NCBI GenBank assembly: GCA_051294375.1
Contig: CM119265.1
Coordinates: 25,447,091-25,511,090, forward strand
Direction: 5' to 3'
From: Paraspadella gotoi
Lineage: Eukaryota; Animalia; Chaetognatha
DNA length: 64,000 nt
Shown here in pieces: positions 41,658-53,988 of the stretch. Within the stretch, counting starts at the first letter, position 1; the number at the start of each line of letters is the position of its first letter. The notes under the pieces were generated by a model. That model was given only the letters and a program-made list of their open reading frames with translations, searched no databases and was not told the origin of the DNA. The position numbers were made by a program, and so were the translations under genes.

Positions 41658-44600
41658 ATGTCAACTGACGCTGACCTTGCGCCGATGGAATCAATACGAA
41701 AACACCGCGGCGCCGCTAAGAGGCGCCACGAAACGTCCGTCGAACGTCCGCGTCGCTCGGGCGCCGCCACGATCGGCTCCGTCCAATCAACCGACGCCGC
41801 GAAAAGACGCCGGGAAGTGTCGACTGAACGCCCGAAACGTTCCGCCGCCGTCGCTGCCGCCGCTGCAGCCGCCGCTGCAGCGGCCGCTGCAGCCGCCAAC
41901 TACGCCGCCGCCGATGACGACTCGACCGCCTCAGACAACGCCGGCAAAATCTCTTACGAAGCCCCTGACGTCAATCCGGATGACGCCGCCGACAACGCCT
42001 CTAGCGTCTCTCGTCCGAAACGCGTCAAGTCTCTTCGTTTAGCGAAGGAACCGGCGACGAAAGACTCGACGAAAAGAGTCAACAAAGCGAAGGAGAACGA
42101 GAAAGAGGAGAACGATGGAAGAAAGGAGAACGAGGGTGTTGAAAAGGAGAACGAGAGAAAGGAAACGACGACGACGAAGACGACGTCGGCAGCCGACGAG
42201 GTGTTGCGGGAGATGGTGGAGAAGATCGTGGAGGCGGAGGGAGAATCTACGACTAAAGCGGACGAGCCGTTCGACGATCTCGGCAACGTCTTCACTCGTT
42301 CTTGGCGATCGACAACTAAGATCGAACCTGATGCAGGAGCCGACGCCTCAGCAGCCGTAGACGACGCAGCCTTCGGCCCGCCAGCGTCGCCGCAATCCTC
42401 CAGATCTTCCTCCAAGTCTTCGCATCGATCCTTTCTGCTCAATCTGCCCGCCAAATCGGCGGACAAGACGACGGCGCAGGTGCTGCCCTTCGAGGTGACG
42501 CCGCTGCGCAACCTGCAGCAAATGCCGCCGCTGCTACATCAGGATCAGCTCAAGCGGGAGATCTCCGGGGAGCCGGAAGACATTGGCCAAATCATGGAGT
42601 CGCTGCCGAAGAATACGAGGAACATCTACATCGTGGATTCCAAGTTGAAGGATCTGGAAGAGAAGTTGATCGAAGGGGAAATGGGAGGAGGTGGAGGAGG
42701 AGGTGGAGCCATTACTGAAGGCGTTGGGACCACGCCCATCCCTGTAGAGACTCAGAAATCCACGAGCGACCGACCTATGGAACCATCCGCCTGTCGGATC
42801 AAACCCAGCGTCTTCAAGAATAATCAAGACTGTCGCCTGATTCAGTCCAAATTGGCCAGGAAGAAGTTCCTCGTCAAACTGGCCATGTCGGAGCGGAACG
42901 CGGCCGAGGAGGGCGCTGGGGTGCAGCCGAATCGAGAGAGCGGCGTCACGGAGGGTGAGACGAGGACGCCGAGGGCGGAGATCGGCGTCGATTCGACGCC
43001 GGGTTCCACGCCCACCGACACGCCGGCGTCGACGCCGCCGCTTAAAGTGCAGACCGTCTCCGTTGAAGTGCAGACGGATTTGCAGGAGGAAGCGTCCAGG
43101 GGTAAATAAATTAAATTCTTGTTATCAAAAAATATAATTCTTCGAATCAAGAAAGGAACTAAAATAGTATGTTTTAAAATTTTTTTAATAAAAACATTTT
43201 TAAAAGTTTTACAAATTAATTAAATAATTTTCTTATTTCACTTCCAACTCCTAGCGACAACATCGGATCGAGAAGCGAGGATCGAAAGTCTCACGATCGC
43301 GAATCAAACGAACATCGAAGGTTTTATCGAAGCTTTGGAGCCGGAGTGTCGATCGATGACAGACTTTGAGAGGGAAGAGAAAAAGATCATTTACCTCAAG
43401 GTAAGGCCACTGGTCAGGTCGGGTCAAGTTATATTTTCTATCCCAACTGATGAAAAGAAAAACAGGAAATCTAGAAAATGCTATCTTTTTTTACGAATTC
43501 AACAGCGAATTGATCAGCCTGAAATAACTAAGAAAAAATAAAATTATTCGTACCTTTTTTCTAAACAATATTCAAACTGCCTTCCAGGAAATGGAACTGG
43601 CCAGCTTCAAAGAGTACTCCAAGCTCAAATCCATCAGGCGCCTGATAGAAAAGAGGTTGGAAGACAGAATCGCCCACAGGCCGGAACAGGCGGTCAAACC
43701 CGGCCACAACACCGAAGTCGTCATCTTCGACGACGATCGAAGATCTTCGGCAGGCGACAGCGCCGGTAGCCCCGCCGCTGGAGAAATGGTTCGGAGCGCC
43801 GGAAGGACTACGTCGCCGGCCGCGCCCATCGCTCGTAAAGACGACGCTCGTTTGGCGTCGCCGGAAAGAGCGATGGAACAAGTGACTCCGTATTATCCCC
43901 CGAGGCCGACGATGCCATCCGGATTTCCTACGGGCCACGCCCCACACGGAAACGGTCACGTGATGCCCCCGGCGGCGCCATCGTTCGGCGGTCGCATGAT
44001 CGCTCCTAAACCGTTTGTCAGCGGAAGGCCGATGACCGCGGCGCGCCCTATCGGACTTACGGCGCCGATTAACGACAGCGGCGTCATCAAGTACACGGAC
44101 AAGGCGTCGGTCGTGGGGATCGGTCGGCCAGGCGTCGCTCACGGAACGCTCGGCGGCGTCGCGGGAAACGGCGCGATTCTCTTGGGGTCCCATCAGAGAT
44201 TGGCGCCGCCTTCTGGACAGCAAGATCACAACAGCAGTTCGGGACAGTCGGAGAAACATGATAAAGGTACGTTTAATGTTGAAATATTTATTTAAAATAA
44301 TTTGATTTGGCAAATGAATGAATGAATGAATGAATGAATGAATGAATAATTAAATTAAATTAAATTAATTAACAAATTTAGGCGACAAATTAAATTAATT
44401 AGTGAATTAATGAAAGAATAAATGAATAACTTAATGATTGAATCAATAATTCATTGAATGAATAAATAAAATAATTAATGGAGTCATTAGTTTAATCTAT
44501 CAATCAATTAATTAATTCGAGACACGTTAATAAATCAATGAATGATTGAATGAATGATAGAGAAAATTTAATGAGTAAATGAATCAATTAATTAATCAAT

Positions 44601-46515
44601 CAATCAAGCATTCAATCAAGCAATCAATCAATAAATCAATCTAATCCATCTCTCCAAGGCCTCGTCGACGTGGAACAAAAGATCAAAGAGGCCGAGACGC
44701 AAAAGACGATGGCGAACGTCCTCTCGCTGAAGGGCAAGAAAGGCGCCTCCGTCGCGCCTCTGGTGCATCCCGCGCGGACGATCCCCTTCGCCCCCAGAGC
44801 TCCCACTATGTCTCCGCCGCATCGAAATCCGCCGCCAGCGTACTACCAGAGAACCCGCCTCACCCCCTTGCGTCATCAGCTGCCGCCGGGGGTCGGGGCG
44901 CCGTTGAGGATTCCACAGTATCAGCCGCTTCCGCCGCAGAGCAGAATATCGCCTCGGCAGGCGTCTCCGCAGTCTTTTCCTCCGCCGCAGCATCAACATA
45001 TACTCTCTCCGCCGCAACAGCAGCTTCAGCAGCAGCAGCAAGGTTCCTTGCCTTTTCCCGCGGGTTTTCAGGGAACGAGAGACCGACAACCGACTTTCGC
45101 CGTCGGTCAAAGGACGACGATCGGTCGGGCGAGGGAACGGGCGGAGGCGATGGGGAAGGCGGAGGATGGGCGGGCTAGGATGGAGGAGGGGCGGGCTAGG
45201 GTGGAACAGGAGCGGAGTAGAGTGGAGGAAGGGGAGAGCTCCACTAAAACTGTCGTCAAGGAAGAGAACGAGCCGACGTCGTTGTGCTCCAGGTGCAAGA
45301 AGGTCGCCGAATACGCTTGCTCCAGATGCAGAGAGGTGAGGAAAGGGTTAGAAGTAAGGAATAAGGAATCGACATTCTCTTTACTTTTCTTATCACATTT
45401 TCGTCTTCATAATTTTATTTCAAAAGTTTCAAAGAACAATTTATGGACATCAATTAATCTTATCGTATCTCTCGATCAATACAAAGTATTTCATTTCATG
45501 TTGAGCTGAAAAAAAAACAGTGACCGTCAAACGTCAAAAATATTTTTTCATGATCACTAAATATAGCATTAAAAAAATTAGTAACTTTTGTTTAACTATT
45601 CACAACTAATCATTAATATGAAAATCTGAGTCTTGTTTCCTAGGAAAAGAGTTAAATTTCTATTCAGATTCTGTTTATCATTCAAGATGTTTTTATTGTT
45701 AAAAATGAAAATTGAATACTACCAGAAATAGCTGATAGGCCTGAGCCAGCAGGCACCATTTCCTCTTCATTTCTCCTCATCCTCTTTCCCGGAGATCCAG
45801 GGTCGAGTCCAGGGTTTAGGTTTTTCATTCACACTCCGGCACTTTTTTTCCAAAGAAGCCCCCTTGCTGCGGCTCCTGAAGCAGCGGATCCAAACACACG
45901 CACAAAACTTGTCTCTTTTGCTACTTCCATCGTCGTATTATGCGTCACTCCTTTTGTCGTCGCTCTCACCGTCGCAACTGCTTCCTCCATTGTTCAAATT
46001 ATCGTCGTCGTTTCTGTCGATCCCGATCCTGACGGAGGCTTAATTCTTTCTCTCGCTGAGTCACCCAGCAAGCCAGAATTTTATTGTTGCAAAAGTAGCA
46101 TCGGGAAAAATGACACTAATCCCTAACCCTAATCCCAACCCTAATCCCTAACCCAAATCACAACCCTAATCCAAAACCCTAATCCCAACCCTAATCCCTA
46201 ATATCTATCCCTTAAACTAACCTTATCCCTAACCGAAACCCTAAACAATTAATCCATAGTTCAAATTATCGTCGTCGTTTTTGTCGATCCCGATCCTGAC
46301 TCTAATTCATCCAGCAAGAGAGAGAGCGAGAGAGATTCGCTGCTCCGTCATACGGCAAGGGGGCATCGATGATTGAAAAGGCTTGTAGTTTTCGTTAAAG
46401 ACTACACCTTATATTTATTTTCTCTTTTTTTTTCTAGGCTCGCTACTGCGGTTCCGAGTGCCAAGTCAGTCATTGGAAAGAAATTCACATGCACGAATGT
46501 CAACTGATTGATTGA
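41658..46515 (+). CDS. 1007-aa low-complexity protein with a C-terminal MYND zinc finger. Exons 41658-43101, 43255-43400, 43588-44266, 44659-45335, 46438-46515
   Basis: All four introns are GT-AG with phases 1, 0, 1, 0 and the joined frame is open (3024 nt). The C-terminus CSRCKKVAEYACSRCRE/ARYCGSECQVSHWKEIHMHEC fits the MYND pattern CxxC-x7-CxxC-x5-C-x3-C-x8-H-x3-C. AATAAA at ~46551-46560. Possible 5' UTR exon at ~41374-41422. Confidence 0.88.
44312..44645. repeat. Intronic (AATG)n/(AATC)n low-complexity repeat
   Basis: Visible tetranucleotide runs. A similar tract lies at 57420-57620. Confidence 0.8.
45986..46300. repeat. ~48-bp direct repeats (45986-46033 and 46253-46300) flanking a degenerate (CCCTAA)n tract
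   Basis: TCCATwGTTCAAATTATCGTCGTCGTTTyTGTCGATCCCGATCCTGAC occurs twice, with CCCTAA/CCCAAC variants at 46116-46245 between them. Confidence 0.75.
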
Positions 46516-47194
46516 TTGATTGATATATTTGATATATTTGATATATTTGAAATAAATAAAACCGGATCGTTCATTTCTTATTCATTAATGACATCATTTT
46601 CTGAAAATTATTCACGGAAAGCATTTTAAGTAAAAAACTGTCGCCATAAATAAAGAAACAATTTGCTATACAAGTTTGAAACCCGTCGCTAGAAAAAAAT
46701 TACATTTTTAAAATTATTTTTTATGTATTGTTATCATGTCCTTTTGCTTACTTTTATTTAAACAGTGAGATGTAAAAGATTACTTGTTAATGTTAATGTT
46801 AATGTTTTTAATGTTTGTAATGTTCAAAACGTTTTATAAAAAAAATTGTTTTCAGTTATAAGTTACATAATTATAATTTTTTTTAAATATTAAAATCTTT
46901 AAGTGTTTTTGAGTGGTAGATTTTGTATAGAGGCGGGTTTCGAATGGTCACGACTTCGGACAATTTTGGCGAGTTTTGGAAAATAAAGCAGGCACGAGTA
47001 TTTGATGAAATGCGCCACATGAAAAAGTACTATGTCATTGATTCGTTTTTATCATTAATTCTGAAGGATACATGATTATTAACCAAGTGATAATTAGGTT
47101 GTATCGTATAGAGTCGAGGCAGGAGAGTTAGAAAGAAAGAGAGAAGCAGAGAAATGGAGAGAGAGATAGAGAGAGAGGGACGAAAAAAAAACCT

Positions 47195-50100
47195 CTACTT
47201 CTTCCTCCCGGACTCCTCTTCTCTCAACAACGCCAAGAGGATCGTCCGGTAATCCCCGCTCGTGTCGTCCGCGATCCACTCGCCCAATGATCCCTTGAAG
47301 GCCTTCTGGAACTCCTCGCCGATCTGCACCAAGTCCACTTCCGATCTGGAGACGATGATTCGAATGAGCTCGTCGTCCGAGGTGCCCATGCCCTTCATTG
47401 CCCGCTGCAGCTGCCCGGCGAAGAATGCTGCTCTGTTTCGAACGCAGCGGACGACGGCGAGCATGCTGCGTTTCAAGTCTCCCGACATTTCGGATTTGAT
47501 TGAATCTTCGATGTCCTTCTTGGAGACTTTTTGGTATTCGTCGAAAGTCAATCTGTGGGCGGGTGGGGGAAGTGGCGTGGTTGGAAGGATTTGGTTGGAT
47601 TTGGTCGGATTTATTGAGATTTGGTGAGTTTTGGGCGGATTTAGAGATCTATATATCAAGCCTGTCCAAAGTCAGGGGCAAGATTGCTGGTTTATTAATT
47701 AAAATACTAAATAAATATTTTTGTGAGTTGGAAATAGATTCAAAGATTACTCAACCTCAACAAGAAACTTATACATATAATATGAAATATAATCGTAAAA
47801 TAAAACTTAGCTTTGATTCACTCCTTCCTCCATAATCTTCGTGTAATCTCTCTTCCATTCTCCATTTAAAATTTTTTATTTGTTTAATCAGAAATAATTT
47901 TAAGATTTCCGGTTTTGAAATTATTACTTCAGGAGAGAAACCGGTTAATCAGGTTTTTACGAACCAGATTATAATTTGGAACAAGAAATTCGCCGTCAAT
48001 TATGGGGAATGAAGCGAAAACCTGAAAGTTGAGCTGACTACATTAATTCCTCTAAAATATGAATCCAAATCTATAATTACACGAACGATTGTTAATAAAT
48101 AAAAGCGAATACAACTCTGTTCATTGTTTATGTCTATTAATAATCTCAGCTTTATCGGACTCAGGAGGAAATCAAACCTATAAAAAAAATTGAAAAATGA
48201 AGGAAAATAATAATAATACATACAAAGGAAAAACTGACAACCCCCCCAAAAATAATATTTGGTGAAGACACTTAATATCATTTCATCACACTTGCTCCAT
48301 CAATAACATAAAGAACAACAAAAGCAGCAACAGCAACAGCATAATCAATTAATCAGCACGGAACAGCAGCAGCGCCGCACCTGAGCTGCGACGGGCTCCT
48401 CGACGCGAGGATAACGTTAAAGCGCGACTCGTCCGTTCCCCACGACTTCTCTCCAGCGTCGAAGAGGGCGCGCGCGTCCGTCTTGGCTTTTTCGCGGTCG
48501 ATCTCGAGGCTTTCGCTGCGGTGGCCTGGGGGGGGGTTGGGGGAGGTTGGGTGGGAAAGTAGATGGAAGGGAAACTGTAGGAAATGAAAAGATATGACAA
48601 ATACTGTGAGCTTGAGGTAATGTGACTCCCTTGCCCTTTCATCCTGTAACAAGGTAATCATCAGCCTCTTGAAGTGATTCCCTTGCCCTCTCACCCTGTA
48701 ACAAAGAAACCATCAGCCTCTTGAAATGACTTTCTTGCCATCTCACCCTGTAACAAGGCAACCATCAGCCTCTTGACATGACTTTCTTGCCCGCTCACCC
48801 TGTAACAATTCAACCATCAGCCTCTTGAAGTGAGCTCCTTGCCCCCTCACCCTGTAACAAGACGACCATCAGCCTCTTGAAGTGACTCCCTTGCCCTCTC
48901 ACACTGTAACAAGCCTTTTGAAGTGACTTCCTTAACCTCTCACCCTGTAACAATTCAACCATCAGCCTCTCGAAGTGATTCCCTTGCCCCCTCACCCTGT
49001 AACAAGGCGACCATCAGCCTCTTGAAGTGATTCCCTTGCCCCCTCACCCTGTAACAACGTGACCATCAGCCTCTTGAAGTGACTCCTTCTTGCCCTCTCA
49101 CACTGTAACCAAGCACCTTCTTGAAAGTGACTTTCCATCCTAACCTCTCACCCTGTAACAATTCAACCATCAGCCTCTTCTGAAAGTGATTCCCTTGCCC
49201 CTCACCCTGTAACAGGCGACCATCAGCCTCTTGAAGTGATTCCTTGCCCCCTCACCTGTAACAACGACCATCAGCCTCTTGAAGTGACTCCCTTGCCCCT
49301 CTCACACTGTAACAACACCATCAGCCTCTCAAAGTGATTCCTTGCCCCCTCACCCTGTAACAAGGCGACCATCAGCCTCTGAAGTGATTTCCTTTGCCCC
49401 CTCACCCTGTAACAAGGCGACCATCAGCTCTTTAAAATGTCCCGACGTGTCGTCGACGATGTCTTTCTCCAAGTCTCGCGCGTAGAGCCTCTTGTAGGCC
49501 TGCTTGATGTCGGCGACCTCTTGGTTCCCTCTAGTGCAGAGAATCTCGATGAGGGCGTCCTCGTCGGTGCCCGCCCCTTTGACCGCCTTGCGCAGTTCCG
49601 ACGCCGCGTAGTCCGCCGGCGGGGATAGCGTCGCGAGGACCACCTGAGGAAAACGGGAGTGAGGAAATATAAATATAAATATAAATAAATATAATTAAAT
49701 ATAAAAATATAAAAATAAATATAAATATAAATAAATATAAAAATATAAATATAAATATAAAAATAAATAAATATAAATAAATATAATTAAATAAAGTAAC
49801 TCAGATATATAATTTATAACAAAGTACAAATATTTAATTAATTAAAATGTATCAGAGCTGGTTAAAGCGATAGAATATTTATTTAAACTTCGTAATAGTG
49901 TTTACTTCGCCGCCCCCCTCACCCTGTCCAATCTTCACCTTCAACAGATTCCCGCTCAACTCGCTCTTCAACTCCGCCTTCAAATCTTTGCCGAACATCT
50001 GCTTGAAGACCCGCTGCACTTCAAGCCGTTGATCGTTGGACCGATAGGCGAGGACGTCGACGATCGCCCCTTCGTCGGTCCCGAATCCTTTCATGGATTT

Positions 50101-50196
50101 GCGCAGCGCCTCCGCGTCAGCCTCGGCGTCGAAGTCTTCGGAGGGCGTGACGGTGCCTTCGTACTCTACGGCGTCTTCGTATTCGGGGATGCGTTC
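47195..50196 (-). CDS. Annexin core, four repeats (exons 4-7 of the gene above)
   Basis: Repeats MKGFGTDE...[14 protein letters not shown]...[14 protein letters not shown]...KSEMSG and MKGMGTSD...DDTSG, plus [12 protein letters not shown]. All four type II Ca2+ motifs (GxGT plus downstream D/E cap) look intact. Confidence 0.97.
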
Positions 50197-52129
50197 CTGA
50201 AGTGGCGGAGGGGAGAGGGGGGGGCGTGAGCAGCAGGAATGTGACACTGTTTTTAGTCGACGCATTTTTGTGAAGAAAAAAATATAAGTTTGATCCTTTC
50301 TTTCTTTATCTTTTTTTAAAACATTTGACAGCTTAAATTGCACTGGATCATGGCCTACTTTCTTTTTTTGTTAGTTAGTTTTTTTAGTTTATTTATATTT
50401 TTCTTTATTTTTCTTTTCTTTTCCTCCATAATTTTACAAAACCTCTTTTCTTAGGGGATTTTTCAAATCTTTGTTGAAAGTCCAGGTTTCTGTGTGAAGA
50501 AACGTAATCGTGTGAAAGACATCAAAAGGGTTGAAGGAAAGACGCCTCATGACCCTATTTCATGAACTTCTTGGTGCTTACTTGGTGCTTGCTTCGTGCT
50601 TGCTTGCTTCCATGCTTGCTTCCTCTCTCCCGCCATTACCTTCTTTCTGGCCGGCGGCGGCGGTTTCTCCTTCTTCTTCTTCTCCTGCGGCGGCGGAGGC
50701 GGCGGCGGCGCTTCCTCCTCTTCCTCTTCCATCGGCTCCTCTTCCTCCTCCCCTTCGAACGTCACCCCAGGCTTGGCCTTTCCGCCCCAATTCTTGGGCT
50801 GTGCCCGCTCGGGCGGCTTCCTCTTTCTCAGCCCATCGGGCCGCGCGAATTTGAGGAAGACGAGATATCCGTCTTCGGCGTCTTCCAGGTCGGCGTCGAG
50901 AAGGCGCCCAAGTCGCGGCTCCGCCAGCGCCGCGCGAAAATCGGGATGGCGCTGAGCGAACGCGGTAAGCTGCTTGGCAACGTGATTGGCCTTTAGATTG
51001 GAAGGGGGGGAGTGAGTAAAGATTGAGGTCTTTCTGAATATACACTTTTTCTTTTTTTTTTTAAAAACTCTCCCCTATCACTTAATACTACAAAATGCAA
51101 ATGATATTTTCGTCAAAAAAAAAAAAAAAAGCAAACCTGATCCTTCCAGTTTCCGTTTCCTGCGCTGACCATCGACGGCGGGTCGGGCCGCTGCATCTGA
51201 CGCTGCATCATCAGCTGCGTTTGATGCTGCTGCTGCTTCTCGCGATGCAGCTCCTCGACGACGCGTCTAATCTCCGACAGCGTCATGTCCCTCGTCTCCT
51301 CCAGACGTCGCATCATCTTCTCCGTCTCGAATCCGACGTTGGAAGGCGTCGTCCACGGAGCCATCGGCGGCGGCGCAGGATTCGATGGCGGCGGCGTCGA
51401 CGGCGGCAGCGGCGGCGGCGTCAACGCTCGAGGCGTCGACGGCGCGAAAGTGACGCCGCCTCGGTCGTTGGTGGAGAAGCCGGACCACGACGCCGGTAGA
51501 GGACCCCACACGTTGATCTGAGTCCCGGAATAGTTGGTCGGCGTTCTGGGATCGGCGTCTTCCGGCCGCGGCGACGTCGGCGGGTGCCAGGCGTCCTTTG
51601 GCGGGGCGGAAGAAGGCGTCGGTCCGCGTCGGGAAGGGGTCGGCTTTGAATTGTCGGCTTGGTCGTCTTCGTCGTCGTCCAAAGTGACAGTCTCTTCGTC
51701 AAGATCGAATTCGACGTCGACTTCCTTCGAGTCTTTCGTCGCGTCCACGAAGAGGGTCCGGGTGTTGACGGGGCTCTCCCGCATACCGTCGCGGGTCACG
51801 GCCATCGCCTTGGGGTGTTGAATGAGGTTGGGTGGGGAGGTGGATGGGTGGAGAAGTTGGAAATCCCGTACAAAATTTACCTTGACCTCCCGCTTTCCCG
51901 GATGTAATTGAAATGGCGCTTTGTACTTGTGGGTCACGTGACGACCTCCGTATTTGGTCTTGAAGGGCAGAGGCTTCGAGCCGTCCGTCGTGAAGTAGAT
52001 TTTGCAGCCGGCGGACTCCGTTTCAGTCCACGAACAGTGCCGATCCACGGACGTACTGGGGTTGTCCGGGTACGTACGTCGGACGGGGGTTTATCGTTGG
52101 GGGGATGATAGCGCCCGCGGTGGGGCCAT
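47195..52129 (-). CDS. DZANK1-like/annexin chimeric protein (~755 aa). Exons 52129-51881 (indel errors in first ~80 nt), 51808-51137, 50990-50640, 50196-49939, 49643-49406, 48525-48381, 47552-47195
   Basis: All six introns are GT-AG with compatible phases 0, 0, 0, 0, 1, 2. The N-terminal part carries DZANK1-like motifs and the C-terminal part a complete annexin core. The first annexin exon begins at a pyrimidine-rich CAG acceptor. The exon 3 to exon 4 join is inferred, not seen in a transcript. Confidence 0.75.
48622..49439 (-). repeat. 52-bp tandem array (~16 units) made of the last 34 nt of annexin exon 5 plus its GT donor and the first 18 intron nt
   Basis: Unit CACTTCAAGAGGCTGATGGTCGCCTTGTTACAGG|GTGAGGGGGCAAGGGAAT. 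Matching positions at 48640, 48692, 48744, 48796, 48848, 48900, 48941, 48993, 49045 ... 49351, 49403. Confidence 0.95.
50640..52129 (-). CDS. DZANK1-like N-terminal module (Fn3-associated/CHB_HEX_C-like domain plus a second conserved DZANK1 block); exons 1-3
   Basis: [12 protein letters not shown]...[11 protein letters not shown]...[39 protein letters not shown] and [44 protein letters not shown]. These resemble DZANK1 motifs as recalled (MTAGSV.VPQI.P, IYYTLDGSKP, SPG.GYWRKQLDH...AQNNPEFRALI.EPRMG). Confidence 0.8.
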
Positions 52130-52379
52130 GGTGGGTGTGGGCTGGGGTTAGAGAGAGAGAGAGAGAGAGAGGAGGAGAGAGAGAGAGAGGAGAGAGGAGA
52201 GAGAGAGAGGAGAAGAGAGGAGAGTTTGCTATGAAGAATTAACGAACTGAGATGTAAACTGTCGTATTCGTAAAACACGTCTTAATGTTTATTAATGAAC
52301 GTCAAAATAATTTAATAATAAGTTTCGTAATTTCGTTTGAAAAGATAATATTAGCCCTGAGAGTTGTTTGCGCTCTCCT

Positions 52380-52392
52380 CTCGCTTAGCAAC
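52380..52392 (-). promoter_or_regulatory. Possible RFX X-box-like site ~250 bp upstream of the DZANK1-like/annexin ATG
   Basis: GTTGCTAAGCGAG on the minus strand: one strong half-site and one weak half-site. Adjacent CGGAAA/GCGGAAG motifs. Confidence 0.3.
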
Positions 52393-52615
52393 GGAAATGA
52401 TTGATCAACCAAAAGAACATCGCGGAAAATTAAGTGCGGAAGCCAAAACGCCCCGACATCTGTCGCTAAATCTTAAAACTTGGAGGGACTTTTGTTTTTG
52501 TTTTTTCAGCTAAAGGCAAACATGGTTAACTAAAATAGTGTTAGAAAAGGTGTTTTTTTAAATTAAAAAATATTTTTCTTAAATTTTGGCTGTTATCTTA
52601 TTATTTTCTCTTTCG

Positions 52616-53688
<1,073 letters not shown>

Positions 53689-53810
53689 NNNNNNNNNNNN
53701 NNNNNNNNNNNNNCTTCTTTCACACATTTTCGCCTATCTTACATTCACGTAATTTTAAGATTTTAACATACTTTCAAATATTATATTATTTAAACAAATG
53801 TCAATCCCAC

Positions 53811-53957
53811 CAGGTTCGCTTGTAGTCCGATCCTCCGTGGACCATGAGGAGGAAGAGGACGATGGAGAAGAGATGGACGAGGAGGCAGAGGACGAGGAAG
53901 AAGAGATAAAGAGGATCGTGGCGAGGAGCTTGGGGAGGAAGAGAGGGGGGAGGGGGA

Positions 53958-53988
<31 letters not shown>

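Noticed and set aside
52049-52129. Pseudogenisation of the DZANK1-like/annexin gene (early TAA in the ATG frame)
   Set aside because: The indels compensate over exon 1, all later exons are intact, and nearby sequence shows long-read errors. Short-read confirmation is still needed.
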